A stretch of 37,964 nt of DNA from positions 1 through 37,964 of the IMG/VR virus record IMGVR_UViG_3300043747_000016; one strand, written 5' to 3'. Below are positions 8,268-17,213 of the stretch, one piece after another. The translations under genes were made by a program, and so were the position numbers. Every line of letters begins with the position of its first letter. Positions within the stretch are counted from its first letter, which is position 1. The notes under the pieces are model-generated. The model was not told the origin of the DNA. It searched no databases and saw only the letters and a program-made list of their open reading frames with translations. Source of the DNA: a virus. Taxonomy: Duplodnaviria; Caudoviricetes.

Positions 8268-9480
8268 AAATGAAATCACTAAAAAAGTTTATGAGGTTTT
8301 GCTGCAAACAGGATTCGAACATAGCGTGATTTTAGACATCGTTCAAAATGAAAATGTCCTATCCACAAAGATAATTTTGCCCCCTAGTATCGATTTAGAC
8401 GACCTTGAAACGATCCTCCCTAATCTCAAACAGGAATTAAACGCAATGGATGTGAAGTTTGGAAAAATCAAAGGTAAAAAGGTTGAAATTTTGTTTGGTA
8501 TGCGGGATTTATCTAACGTTTCTTTTAACATCAGAAAAGACACTTTACAAATTGAATTGCCGTCATCTTATGGCGTTTCTATTTTGGATTTTGCCGATGG
8601 TGCTAGTTGTCACCTACTTGATGGCGGCACAACCAGGATGGGAAAAACAAATTTGATGCTATATATTTTAACTGTTTTATATGTACAGCTTAACGGCGAT
8701 GTCGATTATTTTATAACCTCAACCAAATTAAAAGATTATTACCCGTTGTTTGGGCTGCCTAATGTAAGAACGGCTAAAGGAGTGGAAGAATTTGAGGATA
8801 TGCTTGATGACCTTATTACTCTTTATAAGTCTAGGGATAGCCTTTTATATTCGGAGGAATTTATAAAGGCAACCGATGCTAAGGATGTTAAAAAGTTTTA
8901 TCCTGATAAATACTATTTATTTCGTCCTGTTTTTGTGGTCATCGATGAATATGCCAGGTATGCGGATAATCGGGAAGTTCAATTAAAAGTTATGGAGTTA
9001 GTCGAATCGGCGGGTTATGTGAATGTCCATGTATTAATCTCAACTCAAAGACCCGATGCAAGGACCGTTTTACCGCCAAGGATCAAGGGTAATTTATTGG
9101 CCCGAATCTGTTTTACCACAACCGACAAAAACAACTCAATCGTTGTTTTGGACCAGGAAGGGGCGGAAAAGTTAGGGGAGATTCCAGGGCGGGCCATCTT
9201 CTTAAATAGCAATGTTAATATTGTCCAGGTTCCACGAATGACAGCCGCCAACAGTTCCAGGCTATTAAAACCATTCAGGAGGAATAAACAACATGTTAAC
9301 CAAGGTGAAACGGGATCAAATGATACTGCATTACCTAAATCATTTCAAAGTCTTGACGAGAAATCAGTTGGCATTATTGATATTCCAGAGCAACAGCAAC
9401 CCCGTAAATGTGACAAATCGGGTAATGAAAAGGCTAATAACGGGTGGTTCCTGCTTGCAGATCCCCCGGACAAAAGATAA
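8257..9480 (+). CDS. FtsK/SpoIIIE-family ATPase
   Basis: Walker A GGTTRMGKT, Walker B VVIDE, STQRP, GRA motifs. Confidence 0.9.
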   Translation: MRFKNEITKKVYEVLLQTGFEHSVILDIVQNENVLSTKIILPPSIDLDDLETILPNLKQELNAMDVKFGKIKGKKVEILFGMRDLSNVSFNIRKDTLQIELPSSYGVSILDFADGASCHLLDGGTTRMGKTNLMLYILTVLYVQLNGDVDYFITSTKLKDYYPLFGLPNVRTAKGVEEFEDMLDDLITLYKSRDSLLYSEEFIKATDAKDVKKFYPDKYYLFRPVFVVIDEYARYADNREVQLKVMELVESAGYVNVHVLISTQRPDARTVLPPRIKGNLLARICFTTTDKNNSIVVLDQEGAEKLGEIPGRAIFLNSNVNIVQVPRMTAANSSRLLKPFRRNKQHVNQGETGSNDTALPKSFQSLDEKSVGIIDIPEQQQPRKCDKSGNEKANNGWFLLADPPDKR

Positions 9481-9847
9481 ATGTTATTTATATGGACATA
9501 TCGGTATCAATCCAAATAGTAATAAGATAAATCATTATTTAAAAATTGTGGACTTTTATCTGCAAGCCGGGAAACCTAATGTTTTTGTGGTTGAACCTGA
9601 ACTGGGGTGCTATGAGCCAGATGTTTATTTTAAAAATAACAAAGGGGAGCCGATCTGTGTGGAAATACAATTAACCGTGATAAGCCATAAAAAAATGCAA
9701 AGAAAAATAGATGATTTTGTTAAAGAATCAGGAAAAACACATGATTCCAAAAAACTAATGATTTGTAGTGATTATCATTATAAAGTTAAAATGCCCAGTG
9801 GTTTTCATCTGATTCGACAAGGATTGCCAAAAGAAATTATTTTTTAA
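9293..9847 (+). CDS. Replication-relaxation (Replic_Relax) family protein
   Basis: N-terminal wHTH (RD..IL..L..F..LT..QL) and PD-(D/E)xK-like EPD...VEIQ; own RBS AGGAGG; 188-nt overlap with the FtsK gene. Confidence 0.8.
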   Translation: MLTKVKRDQMILHYLNHFKVLTRNQLALLIFQSNSNPVNVTNRVMKRLITGGSCLQIPRTKDKCYLYGHIGINPNSNKINHYLKIVDFYLQAGKPNVFVVEPELGCYEPDVYFKNNKGEPICVEIQLTVISHKKMQRKIDDFVKESGKTHDSKKLMICSDYHYKVKMPSGFHLIRQGLPKEIIF

Positions 9848-9855
9848 CATTTTGA

Positions 9856-9880
9856 AGGAATTTAATGGATATTATCGAAT
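9856..9880 (+). promoter_or_regulatory. Sigma-H-type promoter
   Basis: AGGA-N17-GAAT. Confidence 0.55.
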
Positions 9881-9916
9881 AGGAAATAAATACTAAAAAT
9901 TTATGGGGGAATAGTA

Positions 9917-10252
9917 ATGAAAAAATTGTGGATTGGATTATTAAGTTCTTTAATCGTAGTTGTATTATTAGCTGGATGTGGAACAAATAAACCTGTAAAA
10001 CCTGACTACACAACAGAACAATTTGAAGCTGCATTGAATAAAGGTGATAACGTGGAAGGAAAAACCGTATCGGTCAAAGTGGAAAAACTTGTACCAAATA
10101 GCGCACTTGGTTATGATATTTGGGCTGGAAAACATCTGAATTTTGTTTCCTCTGATAATCCTAATGTTAAAGCTGGAGATACAATCATTGTAAAGGTTAC
10201 GAAAGTAACAAGCAGTTTAGGTTCATATATGATTAGTTACGAAAAACAATAG
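9917..10252 (+). CDS. Lipoprotein
   Basis: Signal peptide with LAGC lipobox. Confidence 0.85.
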   Translation: MKKLWIGLLSSLIVVVLLAGCGTNKPVKPDYTTEQFEAALNKGDNVEGKTVSVKVEKLVPNSALGYDIWAGKHLNFVSSDNPNVKAGDTIIVKVTKVTSSLGSYMISYEKQ

Positions 10253-10261
10253 TATAAAAAC

Positions 10262-10292
10262 AAGCCCCTACTCAAACGAGTAAGGGCTTTTC
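10262..10292. terminator. Bidirectional intrinsic terminator
   Basis: AAGCCC...GGGCTT stem between convergent genes. Confidence 0.7.
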
Positions 10293-10293
10293 T

Positions 10294-11310
10294 TTATTTT
10301 ACGCGGATTTTTTGACCTGCAAATATTTTATTAGGGTCACTAATGCTATTCCATGCTTGAAGTTGACTTACGGTCGTTCCATTTGCTGATGCAATCTTTG
10401 AAAGTGTATCTCCTGACTTGATTACATAATAAACAGGTTGAGCTTTTAATGCTGGATTATCTAACCAGTAGAATACCCCACTTGCTTCATCAACCCAATT
10501 AGCCCCGCCTAGGTTATCCCAACAATGGCCATTTGAATCTATTACCTTATCAAACACATGAAAAGTTTCGTCTTTTTGTGTATCTCTCACATATTCGGCG
10601 CGATGATCTGGCGCTTTTCTAATGTCTGTCGTTCCATCACATCTCAATGTTTGTAGGATGGTTTGTTTTGTGCAAAAAACAGGATCGATTGTTGGTTGTG
10701 GCTGAGGTGCTTGTTGAACCTGACCCCATGCTCCAATGTCATCTCTTTCCAGGTTGTCCAAATCAACATTTGCCCCGGTGTTATTCCAATTGGTTTTATC
10801 GATTTGATATTGATAAATATTTAAAAAGCTACAATGCTGGCCAGAGCTCCATGCGGTTGTCTGAAACCAATAATCCGCCGCGTTATTTTGATGCAAATAA
10901 TTAAGAACGGTAAATGATCCATATGCACCTAATTTGTAGTTTCCTAGATTAGCGCGGATCGCATTGAAGTAGGATAAAATATTGGCCAAATCTCCCGCCT
11001 GGGCATCATAATCCACAGTAAAATAAATTGCGGTTCCTTCTGGCTGACCCACCGAATGTGCAAGATTAATAGCATCCACCGCATCGGATTTCCCTTTGGC
11101 TGCCGAAAAATAACCTGCTGATGTTGGATTCGTTTCATAAATGCTAAATATCTGCATTCCTGCCGCCTTTATGTTAGCAGTTTCTCCAAGTGTTAAACCT
11201 TTCCATGTCGAACGGCTGAGATAACGCCCAACATATTTAATTCCGTTTTTAGCTAAATTAGAAATCTGTGTTGGGTTTAATCCTGTACAGTCCACAGAAT
11301 TTATAGTCAT
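10294..11310 (-). CDS. Endolysin: DUF1906/GH25-like muramidase, SH3-like region, LysM
   Basis: YVGRYL, AIYFTVDYD, QTTAWS motifs; C-terminal YVIKSGDTLSKIA...GQKIRV LysM. Confidence 0.9.
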   Translation of the reverse strand: MTINSVDCTGLNPTQISNLAKNGIKYVGRYLSRSTWKGLTLGETANIKAAGMQIFSIYETNPTSAGYFSAAKGKSDAVDAINLAHSVGQPEGTAIYFTVDYDAQAGDLANILSYFNAIRANLGNYKLGAYGSFTVLNYLHQNNAADYWFQTTAWSSGQHCSFLNIYQYQIDKTNWNNTGANVDLDNLERDDIGAWGQVQQAPQPQPTIDPVFCTKQTILQTLRCDGTTDIRKAPDHRAEYVRDTQKDETFHVFDKVIDSNGHCWDNLGGANWVDEASGVFYWLDNPALKAQPVYYVIKSGDTLSKIASANGTTVSQLQAWNSISDPNKIFAGQKIRVK

Positions 11311-11654
11311 TATTTAACCTCCTTCGCCTTGGATACTGCTTGTTCAATCAATGTGGATAACAATGGTTCAATTTGTGTTTTTACTGAAGCAATCGCATCG
11401 TTCTTTATGGTTTGTGCTAATTGTGGATTCCATGCTTGTCTCGCCTTTGCATCATTGACAATACGATTATTGAAATCATTTACCACTGATTCAGCGATTG
11501 TTGAAAATTCATCTGTGACAGTCGAGGCCGTTTTAGCATTCGTGTGGACCTCTAAAAACTGTTTAATCTTAGGAGTCACATAAGTGATCCCCGCAATAGC
11601 TACGATATAGACAAGAGCCGATAATGCTTGGATAAATTGAGCTTCTAAAGTCAT
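11310..11654 (-). CDS. Holin (LL-H-like)
   Basis: N-terminal TM segment, LIEQAV motif, directly upstream of the endolysin. Confidence 0.7.
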   Translation of the reverse strand: MTLEAQFIQALSALVYIVAIAGITYVTPKIKQFLEVHTNAKTASTVTDEFSTIAESVVNDFNNRIVNDAKARQAWNPQLAQTIKNDAIASVKTQIEPLLSTLIEQAVSKAKEVK

Positions 11655-11657
11655 GAA

Positions 11658-11945
11658 TTATTCCCCCTTATTTTCGAGTGAATCTAATCTTTTATGTGCC
11701 TGCTTAGAGCTTTCTTCCACACGAATAACACGCTCTGATAGTTCATTTGTACGTCTCTCGTTGGCTTTAATATCGACTTGGATGTTTGATACTCCCGTGC
11801 TTATATTCGTTAAGGTGGTACGAATAACCGCCAATTCTGAAGCATCATTTTTCACCTCTTTATCTCTTGAACGAGTAAATGTAAATAAAGCGATTAAAAA
11901 GCCTCCAATGGCACATACAATCCCGATTTGAATATCGATTGACAC
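11658..11945 (-). CDS. Holin/hemolysin-like lysis protein (one TM plus coiled coil)
   Basis: GTG start after GGGGGCGG; C-terminal ERVIRVEESSKQAHKRLD. Confidence 0.7.
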   Translation of the reverse strand: MSIDIQIGIVCAIGGFLIALFTFTRSRDKEVKNDASELAVIRTTLTNISTGVSNIQVDIKANERRTNELSERVIRVEESSKQAHKRLDSLENKGE

Positions 11946-12033
11946 TTGACCGCCCCCTAAAAATAAATCCATCTATATAAAAAAAGAGCCCATAAAATGA
12001 GCTCTTCAACTTAAAATATTTAATTCCATTTAC

Positions 12034-12057
12034 GACACATTTTCATCCAAAGACGAA
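12034..12057 (-). repeat. Dispersed 9-6-9 dyad site C
   Basis: TTCGTCTTT GGATGA AAATGTGTC, 5 nt after the acetyltransferase stop. Confidence 0.75.
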
Positions 12058-12062
12058 CTAAG

Positions 12063-12581
12063 TTAAATAGCACAGATATTTTCTTTTGTTTTTAATATCT
12101 GTGCTGGGATTCCAACTGCAACTGAATTTTCTGGTATATTCTTTGTAACAACAGAATTGGCTCCAATTTTAGAATTTTTTCCGATAACAATTTTACCTAA
12201 AATTTTAGCTCCTGCACCCACTAGAACATTTTCTTCAAGAGTAGGAAAACCGTCGTTTTTTCCATGTGATAATCCTAATGTGACAGAATGGTATAGCTTA
12301 CAGCCTTTTTTTATTACAGCGTTTTTACCTATCACCAATCCAACTCCATGAACAATCACTACTCCACCTTCAATTTTCGCTCTCCAATCGATATCAATAC
12401 TATATAATATCTGGATCAATCGAGTTAAAATCATAGGAATTAAAGGTATTTTATGCAACCATAACCAGTGTGAAATACGATAAGATATTAATGCATGGAC
12501 TCCTCTATTGGTCAGTAAAGAAAGAATAAACTTTCCTTCGACTTTTTTTATGTCCATGATAATCTCCTTTGAAATATTCAT
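12063..12581 (-). CDS. CysE/EpsC-like hexapeptide-repeat O-acetyltransferase
   Basis: HGVGLVIG, VTLG, GAGAKILG, IGANSVV, VGIPA left-handed beta-helix motifs. Confidence 0.9.
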   Translation of the reverse strand: MNISKEIIMDIKKVEGKFILSLLTNRGVHALISYRISHWLWLHKIPLIPMILTRLIQILYSIDIDWRAKIEGGVVIVHGVGLVIGKNAVIKKGCKLYHSVTLGLSHGKNDGFPTLEENVLVGAGAKILGKIVIGKNSKIGANSVVTKNIPENSVAVGIPAQILKTKENICAI

Positions 12582-12669
12582 GAATTATTCCCCCCAAAAA
12601 ATATTACTTTTTCCTACAAATTATTATACTTATAAATTGTAATAAAAGTAATATTTTTGGAATAAAAAG

Positions 12670-14175
12670 TTAAATTATAGGACTTACTCTTGTTGTACTT
12701 AATGTTGTCCCGTTTACAGCCATTGAGTAATACCATCCTGCTGGCACATATAATTCAATTAATTCTGTATTACTGCTAGATGTTGAACCGTCAACATATT
12801 TTGATAATGCTTGAGGGTTTGAACTTGAAGACGTTCCTAAATAAGCAACTGCATACCCTGCTGTTCCACTGACATTAGCGTATATTTGTTGTCTAACAAT
12901 AATAGGAAACGGATTTGTATTTTGATAAATGGTTCCACTCACTAAAGGATTAGCAGGAGGTGAAACACTTGGCGAACCTGTTATATACGGTGCGCCTGTA
13001 CCCGACAAAGCTGCAAAATTATTAATTCCAATTCTATAACCAGTAGCTAGACTAATAATAGGAACTACGCAGTCCTCAAATGTACAACCTGTAACTAGTA
13101 TTTGTCCTTGCAAACCATTCGCTCCTAAACCTTCAAAAGAACAACCTGTTATAGCTATACCATCCGCTGTTGCTATTGCATTAATAAATTGAAGTGTGTG
13201 AACCGCTGGAACTTTGGCAGAACAACCTGAAAAAACAGTACCGCGATTATCACCACTAGAAGGATTAACTGTTATTAATGGATAATTTGTATCATTAGGA
13301 ACAAATACACATCCTACAAACAATGTGGAATCGGCATTACCCAAAAACATTTTAGAAACTGATGGTGTAGCAGGATTTTGTCCAGCTTCAAATTTACAAT
13401 TCGTAAAGCTGTTTAAAAATACTTGTGAATTTGTTCCACCATCTACATTCAATAATTTTGTACAGGATTCAATTCGTACACCATGAAAATGGTTAGCGTT
13501 GCATCCATTATCAGTGTTAGAACCTAAATTCAAGCCTAATCCACAATACATCAATTGAACATTTTCAAAATAACCATCTTGAGCAAAGATAAGGTCTAAT
13601 CCTGTTCCACCAATTTGAGCTATCATAATATCTTTAATAAAAAATCGACCATCAGCATTATTTAAATGAATTCCTCCGACAGAAGGTGAACTTGCGTTAT
13701 ATGAAGTAGTCCCGTCACTTGAACTTATACTTAAACCCTCAATACCAAAATCAGTAATAGCTGGCGCTCCACCTACACCATTAACTGAAAATACATATCC
13801 TGATGTTCCTGTCGGGTTAATTCTTGTTGCCATTGCTCCCGCACCTTGAATGTACACATGTGAACGCAAATATATAGTGCCTGATACCTGATAAACACCT
13901 TGAGGTATATATACAATTCCTCCGTATTTTCCGTTTGATGGCGCACCATAGGCAGAATTTGAACTATTTGGTGCAATGCTATTTATAGCGTTTTGGATTG
14001 CTGTTGTAGAGTCATTTACTCCCGTTGGGTCTGCTCCAAAATCTTGTACAACATCAACCCATGCATTTTTCCAGTGTGTCGCATTTTGGGCCAAAGACGT
14101 CTCAGCAGCCGTCAGTCTCGGCTCTAAATAAGTGGGATCATTTTTAAGGTCTGGAAACTTATTTCCCCATCCCAT
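12670..14175 (-). CDS. Tail spike / receptor-binding protein with pectate-lyase-3-like beta-helix (depolymerase)
   Basis: DFGADPTGVNDSTTAIQNAI and GIVYIPQGVY motifs; last gene of the tail module. Confidence 0.85.
   Translation of the reverse strand: MGWGNKFPDLKNDPTYLEPRLTAAETSLAQNATHWKNAWVDVVQDFGADPTGVNDSTTAIQNAINSIAPNSSNSAYGAPSNGKYGGIVYIPQGVYQVSGTIYLRSHVYIQGAGAMATRINPTGTSGYVFSVNGVGGAPAITDFGIEGLSISSSDGTTSYNASSPSVGGIHLNNADGRFFIKDIMIAQIGGTGLDLIFAQDGYFENVQLMYCGLGLNLGSNTDNGCNANHFHGVRIESCTKLLNVDGGTNSQVFLNSFTNCKFEAGQNPATPSVSKMFLGNADSTLFVGCVFVPNDTNYPLITVNPSSGDNRGTVFSGCSAKVPAVHTLQFINAIATADGIAITGCSFEGLGANGLQGQILVTGCTFEDCVVPIISLATGYRIGINNFAALSGTGAPYITGSPSVSPPANPLVSGTIYQNTNPFPIIVRQQIYANVSGTAGYAVAYLGTSSSSNPQALSKYVDGSTSSSNTELIELYVPAGWYYSMAVNGTTLSTTRVSPII
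14078..14101 (-). repeat. Dispersed 9-6-9 dyad site H (in frame within the tail-spike gene)
   Basis: GACGTCTTT GGCCCA AAATGCGAC, codons 25-33 (ETSLAQNAT). Confidence 0.7.
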
Positions 14176-14528
14176 TATCGAAGCACCTCCGCACGATAGG
14201 CACCTGTTGCAGTAATTGTTAAGCTTGTAAACGGATCAAATAAAGCCGAGTAAGCTTCTCCTACTTTTACTGTTCGAGTAAATGTATTAATGGTAAAAGT
14301 TAAGTCAGCCGTACCATCATTGACGATTGAAAAACCATACCGATTATCAGGAAAGGTTGTAATTGGTGATACATTGGTCCATGCTTCCATAGCCACAGTT
14401 CCGCGAGCCCTATAAAAAGGTGTTCCATTATCCCCTTGAGCAATTACATAGGCATCTAGAGAAGCATCATAAAATTGTGGAGCTATTTTTCCGTTAGCTG
14501 TTTGTAGGTCTTTATTGTTCGCTGCCAT
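14175..14528 (-). CDS. Minor tail/baseplate protein
   Basis: Position in the tail module; beta-rich composition. Confidence 0.6.
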   Translation of the reverse strand: MAANNKDLQTANGKIAPQFYDASLDAYVIAQGDNGTPFYRARGTVAMEAWTNVSPITTFPDNRYGFSIVNDGTADLTFTINTFTRTVKVGEAYSALFDPFTSLTITATGAYRAEVLR

Positions 14529-14532
14529 TTAA

Positions 14533-14850
14533 TCACCCCAAATCATTAATTATATTGATTAAAATAAAACTATCATTAGGAAAAGTTTCAATCCTGGCAT
14601 CTGAAAAAGTTACCTCAAATTCGGCTTGAAATGATCCAGTTTCATTTGTATCCCCTTGTTCAAATACCATCCACACAATGCCATTCACAGCATCTTGGAT
14701 TTGTGCTTGCCGATCTACTTTCACGGTTCCGCTTTTTGACATTAAAAAACGAACCGTTGCACCAGTTAAATCCACTGGGCCCGATTCATTCGAAAGGGTA
14801 GCTTTAATATTGTCTTTTGTATCATTTTGTTTTATTTTTACAGTTGCCAA
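14533..14850 (-). CDS. BppU-like baseplate upper protein domain
   Basis: IKQNDT...VDLTGATVRF...AEFEVTF...ETFP motif. Confidence 0.7.
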   Translation of the reverse strand: MATVKIKQNDTKDNIKATLSNESGPVDLTGATVRFLMSKSGTVKVDRQAQIQDAVNGIVWMVFEQGDTNETGSFQAEFEVTFSDARIETFPNDSFILINIINDLG

Positions 14851-14853
14851 TAC

Positions 14854-15027
14854 TTAAACCTCCTTATGCTCGGACGTGGTTTGCGAATAGGTCATAAAAT
14901 AATAGTCCGTATGAATCCGAACAACCTCAATATCAACCTTATTAAAGAAGGGTTGAATATCAATTTTATTAGAAAAAGGCTGAACATTCACTATTCTTGA
15001 TATTGGTTCAATGGATACCATATTCAT
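14854..15027 (-). CDS. Small protein, 57 aa, with a 9-aa internal repeat
   Basis: Manual ORF with ATGA overlap to the upstream gene. Confidence 0.55.
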   Translation of the reverse strand: MNMVSIEPISRIVNVQPFSNKIDIQPFFNKVDIEVVRIHTDYYFMTYSQTTSEHKEV

Positions 15028-15251
15028 AATACAGCATCCTTCCCTTCATCAGATTCAATTGCCTTTATACAATGATCTTTTTGAATCTTATTAAGCAACC
15101 AACAAAGGAAATTGCAAACAGGACATTTATCATGATTGGCTAAATGTTTACCCATTCGGCTACTCATTGTTTCATCCGGGTCCCCACCAAGAACAGCATT
15201 ACATAATTGGTCAATGGAAATTAGGATATTCCAAATATATCTTTTTACCAT
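15024..15251 (-). CDS. Conserved small phage protein (DQLxN...GDPDETxSSR type)
   Basis: Motif recalled from tail-end regions of other phages. Confidence 0.7.
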   Translation of the reverse strand: MVKRYIWNILISIDQLCNAVLGGDPDETMSSRMGKHLANHDKCPVCNFLCWLLNKIQKDHCIKAIESDEGKDAVL

Positions 15252-15769
15252 ACAATCGCATCCAAATCAGCTTTTGTTTGTGATGCATCTACTTGAGAAA
15301 ACAGGCTAAATAATTTTTCCCATTGTGCATTACCAAAATCATGGCCTTCATGGAATACTTGGAAAAATTGATCTTTCGTATGCCCTAACCATCCAGCATC
15401 AATAGTAAAGAACTTACATGATAAATAATTAGAATCGGTTAAGAATCGATTCATTTCAGTATTAAAGTTTGATTGAGCTTTATCATGTGAAGGATAGGTA
15501 TGTGCTTCTCCTAATGCAGAAGATGCAAATCCACCTGCAATGGCTTCATTACATTTTTTACTCAACTCTGATTTTTTTATGGATTTTAAATCAGTTAATA
15601 TATCAGTTTGTGCCATTCCTTCTACCCACGCACCATTTGCATATTGCGCTTTAAATAATCCATCTTGTGGCTTAATCGTTGCACAATCCGATGGAACTTT
15701 TTCGCGATCTTGCACTACCACATCTTCCACATAGAAACCGTTATTATCAAAACGATAAACAACTTTCAT
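15245..15769 (-). CDS. Tail fibre-associated protein (DUF4376-like)
   Basis: GFASSALGEAHTYPS motif, C-terminal AIVW. Confidence 0.65.
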   Translation of the reverse strand: MKVVYRFDNNGFYVEDVVVQDREKVPSDCATIKPQDGLFKAQYANGAWVEGMAQTDILTDLKSIKKSELSKKCNEAIAGGFASSALGEAHTYPSHDKAQSNFNTEMNRFLTDSNYLSCKFFTIDAGWLGHTKDQFFQVFHEGHDFGNAQWEKLFSLFSQVDASQTKADLDAIVW

Positions 15770-15770
15770 T

Positions 15771-16529
15771 CTAATTCGCCGCCTTAAATGATCCTTTTAA
15801 TACAACATTAATAGAAGTTGACATAGCTTGTAAGTTTTGGAGATACCCTGCATTTGAAATTTGCGTAACAAAAGATGTGCCGTTTGCAAATCCTGTATGC
15901 ATTTCTTGCTCTCCTGGTCGATAGCCAGCAGGGAATATCATAATCGTTGTATTTACACCAGTTGAACCATTCATAATGGCTAGGTTGTAATTAACTGTTC
16001 CATCTGGGTCTTTCCAAAAATGACACTGATAGTTTTTTACCCATCCATTCAATAATGTTGGTGTAATCAATGGACTTGGGAATCTTTCATCTGTTATGTT
16101 ACCAGCTGCAATTGTGCTTACATTGGCTCCAACATAAACTTGTGCAAGACTTATTTGCCAAATCGCTGTGCTTTGTGTTAAAGCTGGTGGTGTTGGACTT
16201 GCTGCCGGTGTTCCTTGTAATACAACCAATGAAATATTATTATTCGTCCAGTCCACTTGAATAGCAACACGATCTATTCTTGGATTTGAAACATCTGGTG
16301 TACTAATAGGGAGAATTGTCTCTGCTGTTGTCTGAAAGAAAAAACCTTGAATCCAGGCGTTTCCAGATTTAACCTTTACTTGTAAACCGCTTGAATCAGC
16401 ATAAGTTAAATGCTCATTAAGTGCGCCTTTAATAACACCTGTTTGCATCCAATTTTTAGCCATCAATCCCCACTGTGCCTCAGTAACATTTGAACCTGGA
16501 CCCGAATCAAACGGGAAAAAATCTGCCAT
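15771..16529 (-). CDS. Minor tail / baseplate protein
   Basis: NPRIDRV, QISLAQV and P.GYRP motifs. Confidence 0.75.
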   Translation of the reverse strand: MADFFPFDSGPGSNVTEAQWGLMAKNWMQTGVIKGALNEHLTYADSSGLQVKVKSGNAWIQGFFFQTTAETILPISTPDVSNPRIDRVAIQVDWTNNNISLVVLQGTPAASPTPPALTQSTAIWQISLAQVYVGANVSTIAAGNITDERFPSPLITPTLLNGWVKNYQCHFWKDPDGTVNYNLAIMNGSTGVNTTIMIFPAGYRPGEQEMHTGFANGTSFVTQISNAGYLQNLQAMSTSINVVLKGSFKAAN

Positions 16530-16565
16530 TTACTTACACCCTCTCCATAATAAAAACCACCCAAA

Positions 16566-17213
16566 TTAGGATGGTTGTTTGTTCCAATATTTTAGTTCGG
16601 CTTGTTTTCTTGCTTTTATTGCATCTTCTTTATTTTCAAATGATCCTAATTGGATAGATTCTCTATCCACTCTAATTCTAGCAATCCACTTTTTACTTCT
16701 CTTTACCCAACTAACACCAGCAAATCCACTACTATTGTTTTTATTGACCCTTCTGTTTAAAGTTTGTTCCAATGGTGTAGACCATTTGCAATTAGAAGGT
16801 TCATAATTACCATTAACATCTATTCGGTCTAAACTGAGTTTTGGGGAAGGTTTGTCGCCCATATCAGCATAGAAGTTTTTAAAATTATGCCAACGTTCAC
16901 AAACTGAAATCCCACGTTGTCCATAATCTTTATAATGTTTATTTTTCGGATTTTCACATCGTTGAATCATTTGACTCCAAATATAATATTCTAAAGTATC
17001 ACTTTTGCTGTGGCGAGTTCTAATTTCAATTTGCAAACAACCGCAGGAACGAACCCCTCCACTTTTAAGGTTGCCGGTTGTTACCCTTTTTTCGTTGCCA
17101 CAATCACATTTGCAAAACCAAATGGCTTTCTTATGTTTATTAGAACCATCTCGCCTAACAACAGTTAATCTTCCAAATTTTTGTCCAGTTAAATCGATTA
17201 TTTTTCTTGGCAT
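16566..17213 (-). CDS. Free-standing HNH endonuclease with AP2 domain
   Basis: DLTGQKFGRLTV, CKCDCG/SCGC, SLDRIDVNGNYEPSNCKW, AP2-like GVSW...W.A.I...LG.F. Confidence 0.9.
   Translation of the reverse strand: MPRKIIDLTGQKFGRLTVVRRDGSNKHKKAIWFCKCDCGNEKRVTTGNLKSGGVRSCGCLQIEIRTRHSKSDTLEYYIWSQMIQRCENPKNKHYKDYGQRGISVCERWHNFKNFYADMGDKPSPKLSLDRIDVNGNYEPSNCKWSTPLEQTLNRRVNKNNSSGFAGVSWVKRSKKWIARIRVDRESIQLGSFENKEDAIKARKQAELKYWNKQPS

Noticed and set aside
12812-12835. CGTCTT hit inside the spike gene
   Set aside because: Core and right arm do not match the family; likely chance.
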